Assembly (NCBI GenBank): GCA_964016885.1
Contig: OZ024741.1
Span: 170,252,001-170,316,000 of the forward strand
Direction of reading: 5' to 3'
Origin: Eledone cirrhosa
Lineage: Eukaryota
DNA length: 64,000 nt
A model generated the notes under the pieces. The model saw only the letters and a program-made list of their open reading frames with translations, did no database searches and was not told the origin of the DNA. The first letter of the stretch is position 1, and each line of letters begins with the position of its first letter. Shown here in pieces: positions 37,960-52,662 of the stretch. The translations under genes were made by a program, and so were the position numbers.

Positions 37960-38740
37960 TATAGCCGTAAGAACAACACCCCAAAAGAGTGCTCTTGCCG
38001 AAAGGCTGAAGCTTGTCACCTTCAACAGCAATACAACACACCCTCTGTAATTTATGAAGCTGTGGTCACTTCCAACCGACCAAACCAACCACAGGAGGTC
38101 AAATCCTATGTGGGTATGGCGGAGGGCCGATTTAAGGAACGCTTCCTGAACCATCGGTCGACCTTTAGGTACTCGGACAGAAGATCATCCACGAAACTCG
38201 CGAGCCACGTATGGTCCCCCAAGGACTCTAGTATAGACTACTCCACTCAATGGAAAGCCATCACTAAGTCCAAGCCATATGCAAGGGGCAATTCGTCTTG
38301 TGGTTTATGTATTGATGAACGGATAAATATTCTAAAGAGTTTACGCAATAGCGATTGCCTAAACACAAGTAATGAAATCTTCACACGTTGTCCACATGTC
38401 TGGAAACACCTCTTACATAACTACAAAGCTCCGGATTGAATAACAACAACATCCTAATTTTCTTATCAACTAGAACCTTTCGGACTTTCGCAGTTATCTC
38501 CCTTACACCTTTCGCCCGCGATTTTGTATTGCCTGGGTGAAGTGACCATTTCTGCGCATGCGCGTTCTTACGGTTGTACTTTCTGTTCCGTATAACCATA
38601 ACCATTACGAGCTGAGGATCCGCTAAGGTGAAACAATTGTTCTCGGTATGGTGAACTAACTGTTGTGTTACCCCTTCTACCTAACTCGTCCCATGGACTG
38701 AGTGCTCTACCACTACGGATATTACCTTCCAGTGTTCTAC
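37960..38740 (+). mobile_element. PLE 3' end: open GIY-YIG frame + pLTR with HHR
   Basis: Open frame 37981-38439: ECSCRKAEAC...VIYEA...SYVGMA...FKERFLNH...CGLCIDE...EIFTRCPH; flanked by TA/CT repeats. Confidence 0.88.
38601..38652 (+). ncRNA. Minimal type I hammerhead (identical core at 41662-41711 -)
   Basis: cgag CTGAGGA tccgctaaggt GAAAC AATT GTT ctcg, with distal stem I accat/atggt. Confidence 0.8.
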
Positions 38741-38743
38741 CTC

Positions 38744-38819
<76 letters not shown>

Positions 38820-38836
38820 TATATATGTATATATAG

Positions 38837-38890
38837 GTCAAATAAAGTAATGACATAAAATGCATGTGTCCTCAAATACCGTTCGCAGCT

Positions 38891-38947
<57 letters not shown>

Positions 38948-40016
38948 CTTTATTTGACTAATTGCTATTGAACCTCTATTTCAGAAAATAACAATGAAAA
39001 TATCTGTGATTGTGACTTTCGAAAGTAGTGATTTCGAAATTTCGCTTTTTCTGAAATCTGCAAGATCTTTTGTCCGCAAGATTTGGTTTGTCCACAAGAT
39101 TTGGTGTGAGTTAGAGAAAGATGGAAGCGTATTACCTGTATCAAAATGTAAAAAAACATTTCAAAGCCTCTGATTCTATCAGGACAGCTGAATTCATTCA
39201 GCAAGTTAAGCAAAACATTGATGAAAAATCAATCAGAAATGTTGCGCATGAAGACATGAGATACAAATCTTACGTGATGAGGAGAGGTCATTCAAGAAAA
39301 CCGTTTAATCACATCCAAAATATTTTGAACAAACTTAAAAATCCATCAGAAGATGGTGTGATTTGGTTTGTCTCAGATGAGAAAAACCTTAACCAGGACC
39401 ACAAATCTAACAGAAGAAATGACAGGTGGCTATGTGAAGACACCTCTGAGGTTCCAAGAGTAATGCACACAAACAAAATTTCCTGCAAGTGTCATGGTTT
39501 TGGGTGTTGCTAACAATGAAGGACATGAGATACCTCCTCACTTTTTTCCACAAGGCCTTAGGGTGAATGCTGCTGCGTATATTAAGGTTCTGGATAAAGT
39601 TGTTATGCCTTGGATCAACAGTGTATGCAATGGAAGGCCTTATGGTATTCAACAAGATTCTGCACCATCACACAAGGCTCAAATGACACAAGAATGGCTG
39701 GCCGTAACATTACATGATCACATCACCCTCAACATTTTGCCTCCTAATTCTCCAGATCTCAATCCACTAGACTACTATGTATGGATTCTTTGAAAGCCGC
39801 AATAGTTCGAGTCTGTCCGATATGAACAAGGACCACTTAATCCGAGCTTGTAAACGATTTCAACCACACGTAGAGGTAGTTATTGATGCTTAATTATTAA
39901 ATTGATAATTTAGCTTTATGTTTATGTTATTTTCATAAGAATACAGTTTTTCTGTTATTATATAAGCGTTTTTTTAAAAACCATAAACCTGTCCTCAAAT
40001 ACCGTCCGCATACTGT
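38837..40016 (+). mobile_element. Tc1/mariner superfamily, DD37D (maT-like), degenerate
   Basis: WFVSDEK, QQDSAPSH, SPDLNPLDYYVW, with 37 residues between the second and third D; TIR-like tgtcctcaaataccgtycgca at 38867 and 39990. Confidence 0.85.
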
Positions 40017-40063
40017 GTGTATATATATATATATGTATATATATATATAAATATATATATATA

Positions 40064-40721
<658 letters not shown>

Positions 40722-41590
40722 CCAAGGGTGCTTTGATTCTTCAATAAAACACACTCACTGCTTTGCGCAATTGTTGTTCTTATTGCTTACCTCTCACTGT
40801 TTCCAACCAGTGACATAACCAGGTTCACTCATTTTATTCAAACCTAATGTATTGTACTTCAGATGGTATTAGTCAAAGTGCGATTCCTTTTATAACACTG
40901 TAGCATCTGATTTGCGGATGATTTTTTCTGTGATTTCTATCACTAGTAGCCAATTGGGAGGCTTGTTCATCAATTGATATGTTGATCCCGGTTGAAATAG
41001 CTATCACATATCATTTGCATTGTTTTCATCGTTTGATATGTATGAACACAGAAGCGTAATCATAGTTTAATCCGCAGGAGGTCAAATTGTATTGATCGAT
41101 TATTATTTTGATTGTTTGAGTGAGGATATACACATTTCAAATGTCAAACATTCTTAATGCATCATATGTCAACCACATTGATTAAAATTCCAGCTACAAG
41201 CTTAAAATCTGCAAGAAAGAAGGATTTGGTAGCCAGCGCTTTCAGTCGGAGAGGTTAACGAAGTCACACATCAGAGAAGAGATACCGAGTTCAATTCCTT
41301 GTAGGAGTCACTGTCCAATTCTTCCGTTTCGAGGGACACCTTATCCAATTTTCTCAACAAACATTTATAGGGACTGACAAGTATTATGATCGTTTGTATA
41401 GGGATGCATACATTTCAAATTTCACATTTTTTCAACGCTACTTAAGTCAACCGCTTTGTATATATACATATATATCACATACACACATACATGTATATAC
41501 ATTACACATACACAGATACATATATATATATGTATATTCATAATAGTATCACTGATGATATCACAGGTGTGTGACGAAAGAACTCTGAGA

Positions 41591-41634
<44 letters not shown>

Positions 41635-41638
<4 letters not shown>

Positions 41639-41905
41639 GCGGTTACACAACAGTTAGTTCACCATACCGAGAACAATTGTTTCACCTTAGCGGATCCTCA
41701 GCTCCGAATGGGCATGTTTATAACGAAGGAATTGTGGTAAGGAACCAGATGGACCATAACGCACCAAAGTACTCAATACTAAGTGTAGTAGAGTGGGTAA
41801 TAGGAAAAAGAATGACTCCGACGGCAGGGCTCAAGCCGTTTCGACGGCTATTTCTGGACTCCTCGACGGCAGAGCTCAAGCCGTTTCGACGGTTATTTCT
41901 GGACT
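41635..41905 (-). mobile_element. Family X pLTR fragment with two tandem half-HHRs and one full HHR
   Basis: Two copies of gtcGAAAC GGC..GCC GTC (41820-41904); full HHR at 41662-41711; (TA)n on both flanks. Confidence 0.75.
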
Positions 41906-41944
41906 ATATATATATATATATATATACATTTATATCTATATTTT

Positions 41945-42170
41945 TAACTGTTGGTCAATCAATGATACACATTGATTGCCAGCTAAATTAACTATAGGGA
42001 TATAAAATACGGAAGCGAATACCAACCCAAACCAAGCAGTGAGTGTGTTTTATTATATATTTCTGGCAATATTATAGCAACATGACACTCACCAAATATA
42101 ACAATATTTGTTTCAACACACGATTTCATATCAAAAACCTTGGAAAACAAATTCATTGCCGTATATTCGT
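41945..42170 (+). mobile_element. Diverged P2 pLTR fragment
   Basis: Homologous to about 53675-53890. Confidence 0.7.
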
Positions 42171-42503
42171 ATATATGTATGAAAAGAAGTGGGTACCTTT
42201 AGGAAGAGTTTTTTCATTGGTCGTTGTAAAAACAACCAGGAAAGATACTCTCCGTTTTTTCAGTGTGTTTTCCCTAAGGGTCCTTTGATAATGGATGGTA
42301 CATCTGAAATATTGGGACTAATAATCTGATATGGTAATAAACAGTAATTCTTGTACTTTCTTGTCCACACTTTGCATTCTATCTCACCTCTTTCAATTCT
42401 TTTCAGATATTGTTGTTCAAACTCAACTGCATTGTAACGGCTTCCTAAACATACCCCACTTTTCATTCTCATATTCTGCAGTGCTCCAAGCAAAATACAA
42501 CAC

Positions 42504-42598
<95 letters not shown>

Positions 42599-42869
42599 AG
42601 ACACACACACACACGCACACACACACATATATATACACACACACACATATATGTATTGTTATACTTTGGAAGGGTCATGCTGCTAATAAAAACACACGCA
42701 CCTCTTGTTTTCACTTCAATTTATTATTATTTCCGGTTGATTGGTTCGATAACCGGATGGTTGTTTATATATTGTCAAAGCTCTTTCGTCATACATTCTA
42801 TAACCTCCTCAGTGGCTGGGCTTTTATTTTGTGTCTCTCCTTTGTTATATCCATCTTGTTTTTGTACGT

Positions 42870-42990
42870 TCACATTGGGCTTGAAAGCGAAAGGCTGGGA
42901 GTTCAATTCTCGGACCGAGTGATGTGTTGTTTCCTTGAGCAAGACACTTTATTTCCCATTGCTCCAGTTTAGTCAGCTGTAGAAATGAGA
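42870..42990 (+). mobile_element. Second tRNA-derived SINE family (CORE-like)
   Basis: B box GAGTTCAATTC followed by gttgtttccttgagcaagacacttta...ttgctccag...cagctgtagaaatg. Confidence 0.55.
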
Positions 42991-43284
42991 TGGTGGGACT
43001 GTGGCCCCTATCATTAAATTACCCAAGATACCTCAAACGAAATATACCCTGGAGGAGGCCAGATAAACCTGCATAGGTGTGATCTATCACACAATCACCC
43101 CCTCCCAAAATATATCAATATGGGTATGTATGTTATAAGACATTATTGCTATCATTTTGTTTAACCTTCTCAACAGACGAATATTCTACAATCACATTTA
43201 CAAATGAGCGAGGTCTTTCACAGGTACAGTTGTAAGAACATGTTATAACTTCATGTTTGTTGTAATGTATGATTGCATCATTAA

Positions 43285-43337
<53 letters not shown>

Positions 43338-43343
43338 CGTATG

Positions 43344-43378
<35 letters not shown>

Positions 43379-43384
43379 CAATGA

Positions 43385-43568
43385 TTGTTTGTACTTTTGG
43401 CACAATGCCAGCAATTATCCAGTATATTACTGGTACTTATTTTAACGACCCCGTAAGGATGAAAGGCAAAGTTGACCGCAACGGGATTTGAATTCAAACC
43501 GTAAAGGAACATAACTATGCTAGAAAGCAAGGCATCCAACCCTCTACCGATACTGCTAATTCACCGCC
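43385..43568 (-). mobile_element. Meta-type SINE
   Basis: Same family, more diverged. Confidence 0.85.
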
Positions 43569-43714
43569 CATTATAATAATACAAGGACGATTTGTTAAGC
43601 CTTCATTCCGTTTATTGATTGGTGACGCGCTATTGATCAGCTCAAGGTTCTATCTGTATCGATCTGGCCCGACTGTGGAATCAAAATCTCGTCGGACCTC
43701 ATTTTACACTCCCT

Positions 43715-43764
<50 letters not shown>

Positions 43765-43981
43765 CTATCCGGGAGCTTCCAACAGTAATGGTTGCATTCT
43801 TTAAGGGTATGTCAATATTTATTTATAAAACTGATCTATATTATATTTTATGTAATGAAAGCACACCATAATTTAACTTGGTGTCCTTGAAATATGTATA
43901 ATGAAATAAATATGGTTTTATAAATATAGTTTCCATTTGTTAATATCGTATATATATATATATATATGAATGTATATATAG

Positions 43982-44090
43982 TGTATGCTTAATTAAAAGC
44001 ATTTTGAAGACCTTACGCTATTGTTTTAAAGTAGTCACTACTGTAAAACAATAGCGTAAGGGCTTCAAAATGCTTTTAATTAAGCATACA
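43982..44090. repeat. 109-bp palindrome in TA-rich context
   Basis: Arms of about 53 bp around the loop tca. Confidence 0.9.
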
Positions 44091-44175
44091 GTGTATTACC
44101 AAATACACTATATATACATATATATATACATCCCTATTTCAGAACACCAATTTCTAATTTATATATATCTATATA

Positions 44176-44231
<56 letters not shown>

Positions 44232-44502
44232 TGGAAGTTTAGTAAAATCGTTTTGGCTGTGGCCAAGCTAACGATATATATATACATATGTGTGTGTGTG
44301 TGACACTTTCTATATTCTGTAATTTCAATGTCCCTTTCTACGTAGGTGCAAAATATTTATATCGTTTGTCTTTATCATTTCAGTATTATATCTTGTTGAC
44401 GTTTTAATGGGTTACTCATTAAATATGTCAGACTTAACTTAAGAAACAAATTACAGGTATAGAGCATATGTTGATATATAACTCAATGTGCGTTGGATTG
44501 TA

Positions 44503-44750
44503 TCTTCTTCTTCTTCTTCTTCTTCTTCTTCTTCTTCTTCTTCTTCTTCTTCTTCTTCTTCTTCTTCTTCTTCTTCTTCTTTCTGGGAGTCCTCAATCAC
44601 AACTTTCAGCGGGTCCTGTGAGAAACAACCGTCTCCAATTGATAGGGATCGATCCCCAAGCGAGACAATCGATTCATACCAGGGTTTACCCAGGAGTCTC
44701 TTACCGGCTGGTTTTGCCTGAAAAATCAGATGAGAGTCCAGCTAGATCTG
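44503..44750 (-). mobile_element. Possible RTE-like 3' end with (GAA)n tail
   Basis: KPAGKRLLGKPW on minus, followed by a long (GAA)n run. Confidence 0.35.
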
Positions 44751-44758
44751 AAGAGATG

Positions 44759-44844
<86 letters not shown>

Positions 44845-45523
44845 TGTGATATATAGACAAAAGTATCAATCATGGAGAATACTGAGCAGAATGCTATCAG
44901 GCTGGTTTTTTTTTCTAGGAGAATTATATGACGAACGTCCCTTCCTCACTCAATATTACATGGTGGGGAAGAGAGTTAATGTCAATGTATATTGAAATTG
45001 TGTTTTATTTTGGTATTTTCAGGCAGTATAGAGTCATACCTTGGTGAATAAATCAAATGACATAATGAAGTCTTGAATATATTTACTGCTCTACTAAAAC
45101 CGAAAAGACAGCCTCGTCATTAGCATTCAAATCAAGACCAAGCTGCATCCGGTTGTTCGTTTCAACAAGGAGTGCAAGAAAAAGCATTTCAAGGATGTAA
45201 ACAGAGGAAAGCAAACAACTAGTCGGTAGGATATGATGCCATGGTCTTGTTGTTATATTTACAATTTCCTACGTGGCTTGCATTGAAATTATTAGTGAAA
45301 TGCCGAAGGAAAGAAAGGGTGCTTCTCAATGGTTATATTGAAGAAAAATGAACGAACAAAGAAAAGAAACAAAGCGAAGAAAATAACAGTAATTATTGTT
45401 CACATCTCACACATACAAAGGTTTAGCAAGATTCCTATGAAGTAGTAAGTAGTAAAATAAAATAGTTGGAGTGGTTACAGCTGCATTAGGTTTTATGTTT
45501 GACTATAATATAGGGCAGTAGTT

Positions 45524-45641
<118 letters not shown>

Positions 45642-45831
45642 ATCATTAATGCTACTCTGCATTGCTGGAGGGGGAGATAATAAAGGAAGGTATAGTTATA
45701 GTTGTGATTTCCACTCAACAGCCAATGAATGGAATGTCATTCTGTAAAAATTATATGTAAAATTATATAAATAGATATATGCGTAGATATATATAGCATT
45801 TATATACATGCACTGTGATACAGATACTAAC

Positions 45832-45898
<67 letters not shown>

Positions 45899-46602
45899 TG
45901 CACAGCTGCATATAAATACATATCAATAGCACTAACATTGAGTCTTTCACAATAGGGGAGGATATGAAGACATATACAATATGGTCATGTATAATAAACT
46001 TACAAGAGTCTCGCTATTATGTTTTAAAGCTGTGATCATGATGACAGTTATCTCAGCAGCTAAGGAAAAGGTTAGACAGCTGTTTCTGTATTCTTATCCT
46101 CAATCTCTGATATTTGTTCACTCGTTACTGAGACAAGAATATGCTAAAACTTAGTTGGAGTATTGTAAAAAAACTCAGTTGGAGTATAGTAAAAATCTCA
46201 GTTGGAATATAATAAAAAAACAAATCAACGACTGGAGATACTCATTTGAATTTAGTACGAACTTGATAAATATATATACTTAGGTAATAGTTTTAATTTC
46301 AGGCTCGTATTATTTCTTTTATTAGCTGACTTCGAAAGAAGCAAGACATGTTTGTCTCATATACTATATCCTTACTTTTTTTATGAAGATATATTTATAT
46401 TTCCATCATTCTTGCGTAAACATTTGTGCACTATCCTGCACCGTATCTTGTACCATTACCATTCGTCAAAGTTATTGTTATTTTGTTTTATGTACTCGCT
46501 TTGCTGTTGTCACTGAAGGAGGTGATCGATGACGAAGTGAGTTGCTTTTGACCGCCCGTCCCCTGTGTTTTTTTCCGGGTGCAATTTCGATATTATATAT
46601 AT

Positions 46603-46728
<126 letters not shown>

Positions 46729-46879
46729 GTATAATGATTCATTGATTTACTGGTGTTGATACCAATATGAGCACTGGAAGAGTGTATATATTAAGAAAAA
46801 GCGATAAAGTTTCGTTTTCATCTTTTCATTTACGATAGACATGTTCCGTACATTTCACAGAAGATTGGCTGAAGGTCCG

Positions 46880-46931
<52 letters not shown>

Positions 46932-46936
<5 letters not shown>

Positions 46937-47190
46937 GGAGGTGAGTTTTATTGTAGTACAATAAAGCAATGCAGATATCGGATAAGAAGCACTCTACAGT
47001 TTGTAGGACTGGAGTATACATAATATATAAGATCAAAAGATGGTTAAAAGAGTTCCATGTATTTTATTATGCGCATTTCAAAAACAAATATCATCATGCA
47101 ATAACATTTGTGTTTTCATCAGATAAAATAGGAAGACATGATATGAAGGTTAAAAACACTTGTGGATAGTGCAGTTTTAAATCAACATAT
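46932..47190 (-). mobile_element. Solo pLTR with complete HHR (47060-47130 -)
   Basis: Reverse complement of about 29683-29942; all HHR elements retained; ends in (TA)n. Confidence 0.82.
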
Positions 47191-47320
47191 ATGAAGAAGA
47201 AGAAGAAGAAGAAGAAGAAGAAGAAGAAGAAGAAGAAGAAGAAGAAGAGTACTTTTTGTCGTTAATCCATACACTGCATTAGGTAAGGTCGTTCTCGAAC
47301 GTATACTAGTTTAAAAATAA

Positions 47321-47716
47321 TTGTTTCTACTTTAGGCACAAGGCCAGCAATTACTCAGTGCATTACTGGTACTTTATTTTATCGACCCGTAAGGATGAAA
47401 GGCAAAGTCAATCTCGGCGGGATTTGAACTCAGATCGTAAAGGGACGTAACTATGCTGGAAAGCATGGCGTCTGACCCTCTACTCATACCGCCAATCCAA
47501 TGGTTTCTTATATAAGCACAAGGCCAACAATTTTGGGGAATGCGAAAGTCCATTATATCGACCCCAGTGCGTGACTTGTACTTTATTTTATCGACCCGTC
47601 AGGATGAAAGGCAAAGTTAACCTCGGAGGGATTTGAACTCAGATCATAAAGGGCCGTAACTCTATGCGGCAAAGCATGGTGCCCGACCCCCTACGGATAC
47701 TGCCAATTCACCGCCC
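47321..47716 (-). mobile_element. Two tandem Meta-type SINEs
   Basis: Copies at about 47321-47498 and 47502-47716; shared flanking duplication tagtttaaaaa(a)taat. Confidence 0.88.
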
Positions 47717-47891
47717 TTATTAGTTTAAAAAATAATAAAAACTATAGAAATTATTTAAATATTTTCACTATAATGCCACGTAATCTTATACATGCATATA
47801 TATATATATATATAGTATTAATTGTGTGTGTGCGTGTGTGTGTATTGGCAGATTTCATTTAATGAAGATTAACTAAAGAAGAGAAAAAGAA

Positions 47892-47966
<75 letters not shown>

Positions 47967-47971
47967 ATATG

Positions 47972-48021
<50 letters not shown>

Positions 48022-48254
48022 AAAATAAATTACCGAGAATCGTATTTTGGCTTTGGAATTAGCGAAAAAGAACTTCCGAGATGTGTGGCAAGCGCTCAAT
48101 AATTCTGACGAACCAGAGCTACAACATACGTTAACAGGCCAAACACACTGAGACGATGGTTAAACCGTCATCCGCATAGCCATAGAAACGACCAAGTAAT
48201 TCGACTCAAACAAATAAAAAATATGTGATTGATATGTGATATATATATATATAA

Positions 48255-48329
<75 letters not shown>

Positions 48330-48342
48330 GGTATGGATATTC

Positions 48343-48384
<42 letters not shown>

Positions 48385-48596
48385 GTGAGAAAAACCACCG
48401 ACCCTCCATCTCAACTCTACTTTTGAAAAGCAGAAGAACTGCAAAACCGGTAAAGGAACCAAATAAATATATATTTTTTTAAAAAATATGACTCCAGTTG
48501 CATTTTGGATTTCATCTTTTTTTCTTTATACTTTCACTCGTGTAGGACACCTCGGTTATTTTTCATTTTGTAAAAAAACCCTGACTTTCTAATATG

Positions 48597-48627
<31 letters not shown>

Positions 48628-48662
48628 CTGTGCGTGTGTTTGTGTGTGTAAGTGTATGTGTG

Positions 48663-48709
<47 letters not shown>

Positions 48710-48939
48710 TGGCAGATTTCATTTAATGAAGATTAACTAAAGAAGAGAAAAAGAATTTTACGTCAAACAAATCATTTTTATTGCGAACAAAAAGGAGATT
48801 ACAAGGTTAGATCATCGGCAACACCACCAAACTTGTATGTGGAGGGTAGGAGATTTTTTGGATATCCTGCGGAATGAACGATAAAAGGTCGTTAAGGGCC
48901 GAGGAAATTATGACCGTCAACGGCTACCCAACAATGTGC

Positions 48940-49694
<755 letters not shown>

Positions 49695-50119
49695 CATTAC
49701 TCCAAGTGTAAACAACATAGAAATCACCGCGTACTCGCAACATCACTATGGAAACGCCTTGTTGAATCAAACTTAGCCAAGCGTTGATACCATCCACTAC
49801 TCGGAGTACCATAACTGGACTACACCTAAGTGGACTACCTATAACAATAATCTGTTATCCCGTATATATATATGTATATATATATACGTATATGTATATA
49901 TACATATATATATATGTATATATATGTGTCTGTATATATATATACGTGTGTGTGTGCTTGTGTGCATGAAGGACACTGTACATATATGAAAGTATAATGT
50001 CAAACTGGAAATAATAATATAGTTAATAGACAGATGGATGTGTGTGTATATGTATATATGTGTGCGGATATGTATACATGTATATATATATTTACTTGAA
50101 TTGATGAAAGAAAAATACT

Positions 50120-50315
50120 ATTCAGCTGGCCGTTGATTCTGCTGAGTTGCTCCGCCCTTTGCCGGGTCTTGTATTTCATCCTGCATGGTGTCCAAATATC
50201 ACCCTCCTCACCAAGCAAGCTTGGTGGGGTTGCCGATTTAGTCGCCGACGATCCAACCTTGAAACAAGTTGTACTGCGTTACATGTTACTAGTAGCACTC
50301 GAGAGCGACCTGACA
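50120..50315 (-). mobile_element. Possible RTE 5'UTR fragment
   Basis: GC-richer island with hairpin caccaag-cttg-cttggtg; resemblance to RTE 5'UTRs is from memory only. Confidence 0.3.
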
Positions 50316-50331
50316 CATATATATATATATA

Positions 50332-52440
50332 TGAATTATAAGAATCAAAGAACTGTTCAAAACATTTTTATGCTTACAACTGTTTCCTCCAAACCGAGGG
50401 TTGGATTCTTCGGAGCAATTTATTATTGAATGAACACTTATATGACCTCCTTTTCACGCAAGAGACATACAGATACATATGCAAATATTGTGGGTCAACA
50501 TTCAATATAGCATTTAGTGTGGCAGTCCACGTTTAGAGATTACATTCATATTAAAAGATACAATCAAAAATACAGGTTAAAATACAACATGAAATTAAGC
50601 GGTTATATAGTGCAAAGGTTATATGTGTGGCAAGCACGTGCGTCTTGTTTATATAGTGTGGCAGAGAGTTACGTGTAATAGAATCACTTAAGCAGGTAAT
50701 CGAGAGTGTTAAGGTGGTTGATTTGGTGATGAATTCTTTATATGATTGTTATAGTCTGTGTGTGGAGAAATAATATAAGTATTAAAAATAGTGTAAGCAT
50801 TAAAAATATTGGAAATGCGTAGCGAAGCGGTGATATGGATTTCATGCACTGCGACATTTTCATAGTCTGGGGAGCGTATTTTTCAGATTATATGCCCCTC
50901 ACATAATCCACGACGATTCGATATTGGGCGTTTGACAATCCAGTTAGAGAATCGTAGTCTGATGTTCTTTAGCTCAATACAGGAGGATGTTACGTTGCGA
51001 GAATCGATATCAAAATACTACCCGGATGTGTGTGTGTGGTTAAGGGGAGTTAATGCATGAGGGGAGGTAACTCAGTGGTTTCTATTAGTAACTATTAAAT
51101 TGTGTCTCAAAACAGACCCTAACTTATATGGTTATGCGCAGTTTCTAAAAAATTTCTAAAAATTAAAGTGTTTTAACTATAGAGTAGTCTATTAAGTTGT
51201 GCTGAAGGTGTTCTTATTATGGTGATTAACCCCCATCGTAGAGTGCCACAAATGAATATTATAGACGACGAGCGAGAATTCTAAATTAATGATCTCTGTG
51301 ATTGCAGTCTACTCAAAGAACCAGGCAAGGTGATTGCAGAATCACTTCAACACACAATGATCCCTGGTAAGTTCCGGGTCAGTGCTTGCTACATTGGATG
51401 TCGGAAGATAATCATCACCAGGGCCGACCAGAGGTCAATCTACAGTCCTCATGACTCCAATCTGACCATCAAATCATACATATATGTACAAGCCATACAC
51501 CACTTGCAATACATTCATTCACTGCACTCAGCGTACCGGTCATACTGCTCATCAGCGTTACTAGATTAATTAGTTTTTCATTTGTCCAACGATGGCACTT
51601 CCTCCGCACAGCACCAACAATACAGTCAATTCAATGCTTAAATTAACTATAAAGTGGTGTAGTGCAGTTCAAGCAAGTGGATGTTGTCACACCTAAAGTA
51701 GAAGTACAAAGGGGTATTCCCCCTGTGAAGGGTTCTAGAGGGATGTCGCGATTTGTGTTATATTAGATCAATGAGTGTTGGGGATGTGGTATAAGGTGTG
51801 CCCCTGGTGTTTGATGCTAGAGGTGGTGTTTGGTTCAAGTCCGATATTGCTATATATTGGGCTTAAAGTTTTGGAAGGAATGTCTGAAGCGGTGCTGGCA
51901 CGTTGCAAACACTTCAGATTTTTTGTTAAGTAGGTTACCGTTAGAGAAGATAATATTGTGGGTCTCTAGTATACAGAGGTTACAAAATTTATTAGGTGGT
52001 TTGTACGAGGTCGCGCTACCTATCATTTCCCATTTGAGTGTGTAAGGTTTATTTTTAGTTTTTAGGTTTTTAGATAGTGTATGTAGCTAGATAGTGAGGT
52101 GGAGTTGGCTAGACTGTGCTTTTTGAACGAGTGGATGTGCGAATTATATCTGATTTTGAAGCAGTTAGAAGTGGAGCCTACATAGGTTTCTGAAGAGTTG
52201 CTAGTTGTGACGGTGCATGAGTATATGATATCCTTGGTTAGGCATTTTTTCTCTAAAGGGCAGGTTCTATTAGATCTACAGTTACAATTATCCTGGGTGT
52301 TAGTCTGCTGGTTATAATGCAGTGCAGAAGTCCGGGTGGTAGCTATAGGATTTTGGATATTCGGGTTGTCGACCCCGGTGTTATTTCTTATACTAGTGTT
52401 ATTTCTATTATTACTGCCGTTATTATGGTTGCTTGCTAGA
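50332..52440 (-). mobile_element. PLE 3' part (Naiad-like GIY-YIG, long UTR, HHR)
   Basis: DNCNCRSNRTCPLEKKCLTKDIIYSC...TYVGSTSNCFKIRYNSH...LCILE...LLNKKSEVFATCQH; ends in (TA)n. Confidence 0.85.
50371..50417 (-). ncRNA. Minimal HHR variant (CCGAAGA core)
   Basis: tgct CCGAAGA a tccaa..ttgga g GAAAC AGTT GTA agca; relatives at 54366-54412 (-) and 55068-55114 (+). Confidence 0.65.
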
Positions 52441-52621
52441 TAGTATAATTAATACTAATTAATACTATAATTAATACTATATATATATATATATGTAAAT
52501 CTCTCTATATATATATGTATATATATATTTGTTCATACATATACAAATATAAACATATACACATTTCCTCATATACATTTATGTATATTTATACATTTAT
52601 ATATATATATATATATGTGTA

Positions 52622-52654
<33 letters not shown>

Positions 52655-52662
<8 letters not shown>

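Noticed and set aside
48104-48205. CTGACGA...GAAAC...GTA as an HHR
   Set aside because: I could not build convincing stems I and III.
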